A DNA stretch of 64,000 nt from the human T2T-CHM13v2.0 reference genome, Homo sapiens: NCBI RefSeq assembly GCF_009914755.1, contig NC_060940.1. One strand, given 5' to 3'. The notes beneath the pieces were generated by a model. It did no database searches. It was not told the DNA's origin and saw only the letters and a program-made list of their open reading frames with translations. The first letter of the stretch is position 1. Each line of letters opens with the position of its first letter. Shown piece by piece: positions 1-11,500 of the stretch. A program made the translations under genes and the position numbers.

Positions 1-194
1 GGAGACTTCAAGCGCTTTGAGGCCAAAGGCAGAAAAGGAAATATCTTCGTATAAAAACCCGACAGAATCATTCTCAGAAACTGCTCTGTGATGTGTGCGT
101 TCAACTCACAGAGTTTAACTTTTCTTTTCATTCAGCAGTTTGGAAACACTCTGTTTGTAAAGTCTGCAAGTGGATATCTTGGCCTCTTAGAGGC

Positions 195-211
195 CTTCGT
201 TGGAAACGGGT
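195..211 (+). promoter_or_regulatory. CENP-B box (first of ~188 in the window; next at 534, 874, 1214, 1552, 1892 ...)
   Basis: CTTCGTTGGAAACGGGT matches the essential pattern NTTCGNNNNANNCGGGN. There is one box per dimer, giving 5 per 10-mer and 4 per 8-mer. The total is calculated from unit structure. Confidence 0.95.
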
Positions 212-533
212 TTTTTCATGTAAGGATAGACACAGGAATTCCCAGTAACTTCCTTGTGTTGTGTGCATTCAACTCACAGAGTTGAATGATTCTTTACACA
301 GAGCAGTTTTGAGACACTCTTTTGGTGGAATTTGTAAGTGGAGAATTCAGCCGCTTTGAGGTCAACGGTAGAAAAGGAAATATCTTCGTATAAAAACTAG
401 ACAGAATGATTCTCAGAAACTGTTTTGTGATGTGTGCGTTCAACTCACAGAGTTTAACCTTTCTTTTCAAAGAGCAGTTAGGAAACACTCTGTTTGTAAA
501 GTCTGCAAGAGGATATTCAGACCTCTTTGAAGC

Positions 534-550
534 CTTCGTTGGAAACGGGA
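534..550 (+). promoter_or_regulatory. CENP-B box, canonical 17-mer
   Basis: Exact CTTCGTTGGAAACGGGA. Three of the five boxes per HOR end in A and two end in T. Confidence 0.95.
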
Positions 551-702
551 TTTCTTCATATTATGCTAGACAGATGAATTCTCAGTAACTTCCTTGTGTT
601 GTGTGTATTCAACTCACAGAGTTGAACGATCCTTTACACAGAGCAGATTTGAAACACTGTTTTTCTGGAATTTGCAAGTGGAGATTTCAGCCGCTTTGAG
701 GT

Positions 703-719
703 CAATGGTAGAAAAGGAA
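703..719 (+). promoter_or_regulatory. pJ-alpha-like motif of the non-CENP-B (A-type) monomers; representative copy
   Basis: CAATGGTAGAAAAGGAA occupies the position equivalent to the CENP-B box in alternate monomers and resembles the recalled pJ-alpha consensus. Binding is not shown by the sequence. Confidence 0.5.
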
Positions 720-3700
720 ATATCTTCGTATAAAAACTAGACAGAATGATTCTCAGAAACTCCTTTGTGATGTGTGCGTTCAACTCACAGAGTTTAACCT
801 TTCTTTTCACAGAGCAGTTAGGAAACACTCTGTTTGTGAAGCCTGCCAGTGGATATTCGGACCTCTTTGAGGCCTTCGTTGGAAACGGGATTTCTTCATA
901 TTATGCTAGACAGAAGATTTCTCAGTAACTTCTTTGTGTTGTGTGTATGCAACTCACAGAGTTCAACCTTCCTTTAGAGAGAGCATATTTGAAACACTCT
1001 TTTTGTGGAATTTGCAAGTGGAGATTTCAAGCGCTTCGATGCCAATGGTAGAAAAGGAAATATCTTCGTATAAAAACAAGACAAACTCGTTCCCAGACAC
1101 TGCGTAGTGATGTGTGTGTTTAACTCACAGAGTTTCACCTTTCTTTTCATACAGCATTCTGGAAACCCTCTGTTTGTAAAGTCTGCAAGTGGATATTTGG
1201 ACCTCTTAGATGCCTTCGTTGGAAACGGGATTTCTTCATATAATGCTAGAGGGAAGAATTCTTAGTAACTTCTTTGTGTTGTGTGTATTCAACTGACAGA
1301 GTTGAACCTTCCTTTAGACAGAGCAGATTTGAAAGTCTCTTTTTGTGGAATTTGCAAGTGGAGATTTCAAGCGCTTTGAGGCCAAAAGCAGAAAAGGAAA
1401 TATTTTCCTATAAAAACTCGACAGAATCATTCTCAGAAACTGCTCTGTGATGTGTGCGTTCAACTCACAGAGTTTAACTTTTCTTTTCATTCAGCAGTTT
1501 GGAAACACTGTTTGGAAAGTCTGCACGTGGATATTTGGACCTCTTTGAGGCCTTCGTTGGAAACGGGTTTTTTTCATGTAAGGCTAGACAGAAGAAATCT
1601 CAGTAACTTCCTTGTGTTGTGTGTATTCAACTGACAGAGTTGAACCTTCCTTTAGACAGAGCAGATTCGAAACACTCTTTTTCTGCAATTTGCAAGTGGA
1701 GACTTCAAGCGCTTTGAGGCCAAAGGCAGAAAAGGAAATATCTTCGTATAAAAACCCGACAGAATCATTCTCAGAAACTGCTCTGTGATGTGTGCGTTCA
1801 ACTCACAGAGTTTAACTTTTCTTTTCATTCAGCAGTTTGGAAACACTCTGTTTGTAAAGTCTGCAAGTGGATATCTTGGCCTCTTAGAGGCCTTCGTTGG
1901 AAACGGGTTTTTTCATGTAAGGATAGACAGAGGAATTCCCAGTAACTTCCTTGTGTTGTGTGCATTCAACTCACAGAGTTGAATGATTCTTTACACAGAG
2001 CAGATTTGAGACACTCTTTGGGTGGAATTTGTAAGTGGAGAATTCAGCCGCTTTGAGGTCAACGGTAGAAAAGGAAATATCTTCGTATAAAATCTAGACA
2101 GAATGATTCTCAGAAACTGTTTTTTGATGTGTGCGTTCAACTCACAGAGTTTAACCTTTCTTTTCAGAGAGCAGTTAGGAAACACTCTGTTTGTAAAGTC
2201 TGCAAGTGGATATTCAGACCTCTTTGAGGCCTTCGTTGGAAACGGGATTTCTTCATATTATGCTAGACAGATGAATTCTCAGTAACTTCCTTGTGTTGTG
2301 TGTATTCAACTCACAGAGTTGAACGATCCTTTACACAGAGCAGATTTGAAACACTGTTTTTCTGGAATTTGCAAGTGGAGATTTCAGCCGCTTTGAGGTC
2401 AATGGTAGAAAAGGAAATATCTTCGTATAAAAACTAGACAGAATGATTCTCAGAAACTCCTTTGTGATGTGTGCGTTCAACTCACAGAGTTTAACCTTTC
2501 TTTTCACAGAGCAGTTAGGAAACACTCTGTTTGTGAAGCCTGCCAGTGGATAATCGGACCTCTTTGAGGCCTTCGTTGGAAACGGGATTTCTTCATATTA
2601 TGCTAGACAGAAGATTTCTCAGTAACTTCTTTGTGTTGTGTGTATGCAACTTACAGAGTTCAACCTTCCTTTAGAGAGAGCATATTTGAAACACTCTTTT
2701 TGTGGAATTTGCAAGTGGAGATTTCAAGCGCTTCGATGCAAATGGTAGAAAAGGAAATATCTTCGTATAAAAACAAGACAAACTCGTTCCCAGACACTGC
2801 GTAGTGATGTGTGTGTTTAACTCACAGAGTTTAACCTTTCTTTTCATACAGCATTCTGGAAACCCTGTGTTTGTAAAGTCTGCAAGTGGATATTTGGACC
2901 TTTTAGATGCCTTCGTTGGAAACGGGATTTCTTCATATAATGCTAGAGGGAAGAATTCTTAGTAACTTCTTTGTGTTGTGTGTATTCAACTGACAGAGTT
3001 GAACCTTCCTTTAGACAGAGCAGATTTGAAAGTCTCTTTTTGTGGAATTTGCAAGTGGAGATTTCAAGCGCTTTGAGGCCAAAAGCAGAAAAGGAAATAT
3101 TTTCCTATAAAAACTCGACAGAATCATTCTCAGAAACTGCTCTGTGATGTGTGCGTTCAACTCACAGAGTTTAACTTTTCTTTTCATTCAGCAGTTTGGA
3201 AACACTGTTTGGAAAGTCTGCACGTGGATATTTTGACCTCTTTGAGGCCTTCGTTGGAAACGGGTTTTTTTCATGTAAGGCTAGACAGAAGAAATCTCAG
3301 TAACTTCCTTGTGTTGTGTGTATTCAACTGACAGAGTTGAACCTTCCTTTAGACAGAGCAGATTCGAAACACTCTTTTTCTGCAATTTGCAAGTGGAGAC
3401 TTCAAGCGCTTTGAGGCCAAAGGCAGAAAAGGAAATATCTTCGTATAAAAACCCGACAGAATCATTCTCAGAAACTGCTCTGTGATGTGTGCGTTCAACT
3501 CACAGAGTTTAACTTTTCTTTTCATTCAGCAGTTTGGAAACACTCTGTTTGTAAAGTCTGCAAGTGGATATCTTGGCCTCTTAGAGGCCTTCGTTGGAAA
3601 CGGGTTTTTTCATGTAAGGATAGACAGAGGAATTCCCAGTAACTTCCTTGTGTTGTGTGCATTCAACTCACAGAGTTGAATGATTCTTTACACAGAGCAG

Positions 3701-6700
3701 ATTTGAGACACTCTTTGGGTGGAATTTGTAAGTGGAGAATTCAGCCGCTTTGAGGTCAACGGTAGAAAAGGAAATATCTTCGTATAAAATCTAGACAGAA
3801 TGATTCTCAGAAACTGTTTTTTGATGTGTGCGTTCAACTCACAGAGTTTAACCTTTCTTTTCAAAGAGCAGTTAGGAAACACTCTGTTTGTAAAGTCTGC
3901 AAGTGGATATTCAGACCTCTTTGAGGCCTTCGTTGGAAACGGGATTTCTTCATATTATGCTAGACAGATGAATTCTCAGTAACTTCCTTGTGTTGTGTGT
4001 ATTCAACTCACAGAGTTGAACGATCCTTTACACAGAGCAGATTTGAAACACTGTTTTTCTGGAATTTGCAAGTGGAGATTTCAGCCGCTTTGAGGTCAAT
4101 GGTAGAAAAGGAAATATCTTCGTATAAAAACTAGACAGAATGATTCTCAGAAACTCCTTTGTGATGTGTGCGTTCAACTCACAGAGTTTAACCTTTCTTT
4201 TCACAGAGCAGTTAGGAAACACTCTGTTTGTGAAGCCTGCCAGTGGATAATCGGACCTCTTTGAGGCCTTCGTTGGAAACGGGATTTCTTCATATTATGC
4301 TAGACAGAAGATTTCTCAGTAACTTCTTTGTGTTGTGTGTATGCAACTTACAGAGTTCAACCTTCCTTTAGAGAGAGCATATTTGAAACACTCTTTTTGT
4401 GGAATTTGCAAGTGGAGATTTCAAGCGCTTCGATGCAAATGGTAGAAAAGGAAATATCTTCGTATAAAAACAAGACAAACTCGTTCCCAGACACTGCGTA
4501 GTGATGTGTGTGTTTAACTCACAGAGTTTAACCTTTCTTTTCATACAGCATTCTGGAAACCCTGTGTTTGTAAAGTCTGCAAGTGGATATTTGGACCTTT
4601 TAGATGCCTTCGTTGGAAACGGGATTTCTTCATATAATGCTAGAGGGAAGAATTCTTAGTAACTTCTTTGTGTTGTGTGTATTCAACTGACAGAGTTGAA
4701 CCTTCCTTTAGACAGAGCAGATTTGAAAGTCTCTTTTTGTGGAATTTGCAAGTGGAGATTTCAAGCGCTTTGAGGCCAAAAGCAGAAAAGGAAATATTTT
4801 CCTATAAAAACTCGACAGAATCATTCTCAGAAACTGCTCTGTGATGTGTGCGTTCAACTCACAGAGTTTAACTTTTCTTTTCATTCAGCAGTTTGGAAAC
4901 ACTGTTTGGAAAGTCTGCACGTGGATATTTGGACCTCTTTGAGGCCTTCGTTGGAAACGGGTTTTTTTCATGTAAGGCTAGACAGAAGAAATCTCAGTAA
5001 CTTCCTTGTGTTGTGTGTATTCAACTGACAGAGTTGAACCTTCCTTTAGACAGAGCAGATTCGAAACACTCTTTTTCTGCAATTTGCAAGTGGAGACTTC
5101 AAGCGCTTTGAGGCCAAAGGCAGAAAAGGAAATATCTTCGTATAAAAACCCGACAGAATCATTCTCAGAAACTGCTCTGTGATGTGTGCGTTCAACTCAC
5201 AGAGTTTAACTTTTCTTTTCATTCAGCAGTTTGGAAACACTCTGTTTGTAAAGTCTGCAAGTGGATATCTTGGCCTCTTAGAGGCCTTCGTTGGAAACGG
5301 GTTTTTTCATGTAAGGATAGACAGAGGAATTCCCAGTAACTTCCTTGTGTTGTGTGCATTCAACTCACAGAGTTGAATGATTCTTTACACAGAGCAGATT
5401 TGAGACACTCTTTTGGTGGAATTTGTAAGTGGAGAATTCAGCCGCTTTGAGGTCAACGGTAGAAAAGGAAATATCTTCGTATAAAAACTAGACAGAATGA
5501 TTCTCAGAAACTGTTTTGTGATGTGTGCGTTCAACTCACAGAGTTTAACCTTTCTTTTCAGAGAGCAGTTAGGAAACACTCTGTTTGTAAAGTCTGCAAG
5601 TGGATATTCAGACCTCTTTGAGGCCTTCGTTGGAAACGGGATTTCTTCATATTATGCTAGACAGATGAATTCTCAGTAACTTCCTTGTGTTGTGTGTATT
5701 CAACTCACAGAGTTGAACGATCCTTTACACAGAGCAGATTTGAAACACTGTTTTTCTGGAATTTGCAAGTGGAGATTTCAGCCGCTTTGAGGTCAATGGT
5801 AGAAAAGGAAATATCTTCGTATAAAAACTAGACAGAATGATTCTCAGAAACTCCTTTGTGATGTGTGCGTTCAACTCACAGAGTTTAACCTTTCTTTTCA
5901 CAGAGCAGTTAGGAAACACTCTGTTTGTGAAGCCTGCCAGTGGATATTCGGACCTCTTTGAGGCCTTCGTTGGAAACGGGATTTCTTCATATTATGATAG
6001 ACAGAAGATTTCTCAGTAACTTCTTTGTGTTGTGTGTATGCAACTCACAGAGTTCAACCTTCCTTTAGACAGAGCAGATTTGAAACACTCTTTTTGTGGA
6101 ATTTGCAAGTGGAGATTTCAAGCGCTTCGATGCCAATGGTAGAAAAGGAAATATCTTCGTATAAAAACAAGACAAACTCGTTCCCAGACACTGCGTAGTG
6201 ATGTGTGTGTTTAACTCACTGAGTTTCACCTTTCTTTTCATACAGCATTCTGGAAACCCTCTGTTTGTAAAGTCTGCAAGTGGATATTTGGACCTCTTAG
6301 ATGCCTTCGTTGGAAACGGGATTTCTTCATATAATGCTAGAGGGAAGAATTCTTAGTAACTTCTTTGTGTTGTGTGTATTCAACTGACAGAGTTGAACCT
6401 TCCTTTAGACAGAGCAGATTTGAAAGTCTCTTTTTGTGGAATTTGCAAGTGGAGATTTCAAGCGCTTTGAGGCCAAAAGCAGAAAAGGAAATATTTTCCT
6501 ATAAAAACTCGACAGAATCTTTCTCAGAAACTGCTCTGGGATGTGTGCGTTCAACTCACAGAGTTTAACTTTTCTTTTCATTCAGCAGTTTGGAAACACT
6601 CTGTTTGGAAAGTCTGCACGTGGATATTTTGACCTCTTTGAGGCCTTCGTTGGAAACGGGTTTTTTTCATGTAAGGCTAGACAGAAGAAATCTCAGTAAC

Positions 6701-6877
6701 TTCCTTGTGTTGTGTGTATTCAACTGACAGAGTTGAACCTTCCTTTAGACAGAGCAGATTCGAAACACTCTTTTTCTGCAATTTGCAAGTGGAGACTTCA
6801 AGCGCTTTGAGGCCAAAGGCAGAAAAGGAAATATCTTCGTATAAAAACCCGACAGAATCATTCTCAGAAACTGCTCT

Positions 6878-8576
6878 GTGATGTGTGCGTTCAACTCACA
6901 GAGTTTAACTTTTCTTTTCATTCAGCAGTTTGGAAACACTCTGTTTGTAAAGTCTGCAAGTGGATATCTTGGCCTCTTAGAGGCCTTCGTTGGAAACGGG
7001 TTTTTTCATGTAAGGATAGACACAGGAATTCCCAGTAACTTCCTTGTGTTGTGTGCATTCAACTCACAGAGTTGAATGATTCTTTACACAGAGCAGTTTT
7101 GAGACACTCTTTTGGTGGAATTTGTAAGTGGAGAATTCAGCCGCTTTGAGGTCAACGGTAGAAAAGGAAATATCTTCGTATAAAAACTAGACAGAATGAT
7201 TCTCAGAAACTGTTTTGTGATGTGTGCGTTCAACTCACAGAGTTTAACCTTTCTTTTCAAAGAGCAGTTAGGAAACACTCTGTTTGTAAAGTCTGCAAGA
7301 GGATATTCAGACCTCTTTGAGGCCTTCGTTGGAAACGGGATTTCTTCATATTATGCTAGACAGATGAATTCTCAGTAACTTCCTTGTGTTGTGTGTATTC
7401 AACTCACAGAGTTGAACGATCCTTTACACAGAGCAGATTTGAAACACTGTTTTTCTGGAATTTGCAAGTGGAGATTTCAGCCGCTTTGAGGTCAATGGTA
7501 GAAAAGGAAATATCTTCGTATAAAAACTAGACAGAATGATTCTCAGAAACTCCTTTGTGATGTGTGCGTTCAACTCACAGAGTTTAACCTTTCTTTTCAC
7601 AGAGCAGTTAGGAAACACTCTGTTTGTGAAGCCTGCCAGTGGATATTCGGACCTCTTTGAGGCCTTCGTTGGAAACGGGATTTCTTCATATTATGATAGA
7701 CAGAAGATTTCTCAGTAACTTCTTTGTGTTGTGTGTATGCAACTCACAGAGTTCAACCTTCCTTTAGACAGAGCAGATTTGAAACACTCTTTTTGTGGAA
7801 TTTGCAAGTGGAGATTTCAAGCGCTTCGATGCCAATGGTAGAAAAGGAAATATCTTCGTATAAAAACAAGACAAACTCGTTCCCAGACACTGCGTAGTGA
7901 TGTGTGTGTTTAACTCACTGAGTTTCACCTTTCTTTTCATACAGCATTCTGGAAACCCTCTGTTTGTAAAGTCTGCAAGTGGATATTTGGACCTCTTAGA
8001 TGCCTTCGTTGGAAACGGGATTTCTTCATATAATGCTAGAGGGAAGAATTCTTAGTAACTTCTTTGTGTTGTGTGTATTCAACTGACAGAGTTGAACCTT
8101 CCTTTAGACAGAGCAGATTTGAAAGTCTCTTTTTGTGGAATTTGCAAGTGGAGATTTCAAGCGCTTTGAGGCCAAAAGCAGAAAAGGAAATATTTTCCTA
8201 TAAAAACTCGACAGAATCTTTCTCAGAAACTGCTCTGGGATGTGTGCGTTCAACTCACAGAGTTTAACTTTTCTTTTCATTCAGCAGTTTGGAAACACTC
8301 TGTTTGGAAAGTCTGCACGTGGATATTTTGACCTCTTTGAGGCCTTCGTTGGAAACGGGTTTTTTTCATGTAAGGCTAGACAGAAGAAATCTCAGTAACT
8401 TCCTTGTGTTGTGTGTATTCAACTGACAGAGTTGAACCTTCCTTTAGACAGAGCAGATTCGAAACACTCTTTTTCTGCAATTTGCAAGTGGAGACTTCAA
8501 GCGCTTTGAGGCCAAAGGCAGAAAAGGAAATATCTTCGTATAAAAACCCGACAGAATCATTCTCAGAAACTGCTCT
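6878..8576 (+). repeat. Representative canonical 1699 bp 10-mer HOR unit (5 dimers; arbitrary phase)
   Basis: Period taken from equivalent positions 6878 and 8577. It contains five CENP-B boxes spaced 339/340/340/340/340 bp. 31 of the 38 complete units have this length. Confidence 0.95.
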
Positions 8577-11500
8577 GTGATGTGTGCGTTCAACTCACAG
8601 AGTTTAACTTTTCTTTTCATTCAGCAGTTTGGAAACACTCTGTTTGTAAAGTCTGCAAGTGGATATCTTGGCCTCTTAGAGGCCTTCGTTGGAAACGGGT
8701 TTTTTCATGTAAGGATAGACACAGGAATTCCCAGTAACTTCCTTGTGTTGTGTGCATTCAACTCACAGAGTTGAATGACTCTTTACACAGAGCAGTTTTG
8801 AGACACTCTTTTGGTGGAATTTGTAAGTGGAGAATTCAGCCGCTTTGAGGTCAACGGTAGAAAAGGAAATATCTTCGTATAAAAACTAGACAGAATGATT
8901 CTCAGAAACTGTTTTGTGATGTGTGCGTTCAACTCACAGAGTTTAACCTTTCTTTTCAAAGAGCAGTTAGGAAACACTCTGTTTGTAAAGTCTGCAAGAG
9001 GATATTCAGACCTCTTTGAGGCCTTCGTTGGAAACGGGATTTCTTCATATTATGCTAGACAGATGAATTCTCAGTAACTTCCTTGTGTTGTGTGTATTCA
9101 ACTCACAGAGTTGAACGATCCTTTACACAGAGCAGATTTGAAACACTGTTTTTCTGGAATTTGCAAGTGGAGATTTCAGCCGCTTTGAGGTCAATGGTAG
9201 AAAAGGAAATATCTTCGTATAAAAACTAGACAGAATGATTCTCAGAAACTCCTTTGTGATGTGTGCGTTCAACTCACAGAGTTTAACCTTTCTTTTCACA
9301 GAGCAGTTAGGAAACACTCTGTTTGTGAAGCCTGCCAGTGGATATTCGGACCTCTTTGAGGCCTTCGTTGGAAACGGGATTTCTTCATATTATGCTAGAC
9401 AGAAGATTTCTCAGTAACTTCTTTGTGTTGTGTGTATGCAACTCACAGAGTTCAACCTTCCTTTAGACAGAGCAGATTTGAAACACTCTTTTTGTGGAAT
9501 TTGCAAGTGGAGATTTCAAGCGCTTCGATGCCAATGGTAGAAAAGGAAATATCTTCGTATAAAAACAAGACAAACTCGTTCCCAGACACTGCGTAGTGAT
9601 GTGTGTGTTTAACTCACAGAGTTTCACCTTTCTTTTCATACAGCATTCTGGAAACCCTCTGTTTGTAAAGTCTGCAAGTGGATATTTGGACCTCTTAGAT
9701 GCCTTCGTTGGAAACGGGATTTCTTCATATAATGCTAGAGGGAAGAATTCTTAGTAACTTCTTTGTGTTGTGTGTATTCAACTGACAGAGTTGAACCTTC
9801 CTTTAGACAGAGCAGATTTGAAAGTCTCTTTTTGTGGAATTTGCAAGTGGAGATTTCAAGCGCTTTGAGGCCAAAAGCAGAAAAGGAAATATTTTCCTAT
9901 AAAAACTCGACAGAATCTTTCTCAGAAACTGCTCTGGGATGTGTGCGTTCAACTCACAGAGTTTAACTTTTCTTTTCATTCAGCAGTTTGGAAACACTCT
10001 GTTTGGAAAGTCTGCACGTGGATATTTTGACCTCTTTGAGGCCTTCGTTGGAAACGGGTTTTTTTCATGTAAGGCTAGACAGAAGAAATCTCAGTAACTT
10101 CCTTGTGTTGTGTGTATTCAACTGACAGAGTTGAACCTTCCTTTAGACAGAGCAGATTCGAAACACTCTTTTTCTGCAATTTGCAAGTGGAGACTTCAAG
10201 CGCTTTGAGGCCAAAGGCAGAAAAGGAAATATCTTCGTATAAAAACCCGACAGAATCATTCTCAGAAACTGCTCTGTGATGTGTGCGTTCAACTCACAGA
10301 GTTTAACTTTTCTTTTCATTCAGCAGTTTGGAAACACTCTGTTTGTAAAGTCTGCAAGTGGATATCTTGGCCTCTTAGAGGCCTTCGTTGGAAACGGGTT
10401 TTTTCATGTAAGGATAGACAGAGGAATTCCCAGTAACTTCCTTGTGTTGTGTGCATTCAACTCACAGAGTTGAATGACTCTTTACAATGAGCAGATTTGA
10501 GACACTCTTTTGGTGGAATTTGTAAGTGGAGAATTCAGCCGCTTTGAGGTCAACGGTAGAAAAGGAAATATCTTCGTATAAAAACTAGACAGAATGATTC
10601 TCAGAAACTGTTTTGTGATGTGTGCGTTCAACTCACAGAGTTTAACCTTTCTTTTCAAAGAGCAGTTAGGAAACACTCTGTTTGTAAAGTCTGCAAGAGG
10701 ATATTCAGACCTCTTTGAGGCCTTCGTTGGAAACGGGATTTCTTCATATTATGCTAGACAGATGAATTCTCAGTAACTTCCTTGTGTTGTGTGTATTCAA
10801 CTCACAGAGTTGAACGATCCTTTACACAGAGCAGATTTGAAACACTGTTTTTCTGGAATTTGCAAGTGGAGATTTCAGCCGCTTTGAGGTCAATGGTAGA
10901 AAAGGAAATATCTTCGTATAAAAACTAGACAGAATGATTCTCAGAAACTCCTTTGTGATGTGTGCGTTCAACTCACAGAGTTTAACCTTTCTTTTCACAG
11001 AGCAGTTAGGAAACACTCTGTTTGTGAAGCCTGCCAGTGGATATTCGGACCTCTTTGAGGCCTTCGTTGGAAACGGGATTTCTTCATATTATGATAGACA
11101 GAAGATTTCTCAGTAACTTCTTTGTGTTGTGTGTATGCAACTCACAGAGTTCAACCTTCCTTTAGACAGAGCAGATTTGAAACACTCTTTTTGTGGAATT
11201 TGCAAGTGGAGATTTCAAGCGCTTCGATGCCAATGGTAGAAAAGGAAATATCTTCGTATAAAAACAAGACAAACTCGTTCCCAGACACTGCGTAGTGATG
11301 TGTGTGTTTAACTCACTGAGTTTCACCTTTCTTTTCATACAGCATTCTGGAAACCCTCTGTTTGTAAAGTCTGCAAGTGGATATTTGGACCTCTTAGATG
11401 CCTTCGTTGGAAACGGGATTTCTTCATATAATGCTAGAGGGAAGAATTCTTAGTAACTTCTTTGTGTTGTGTGTATTCAACTGACAGAGTTGAACCTTCC

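Larger units (their letters stand above)
88..5178 (+). repeat. Three 1697 bp HOR variant units (2 bp deletion haplotype)
   Basis: Spacing 88-1785-3482-5179 is 1697 bp. These units read GGAAACACTGTTTGG (~1509, ~3206, ~4903) where later units read GGAAACACTCTGTTTGG. Confidence 0.93.
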
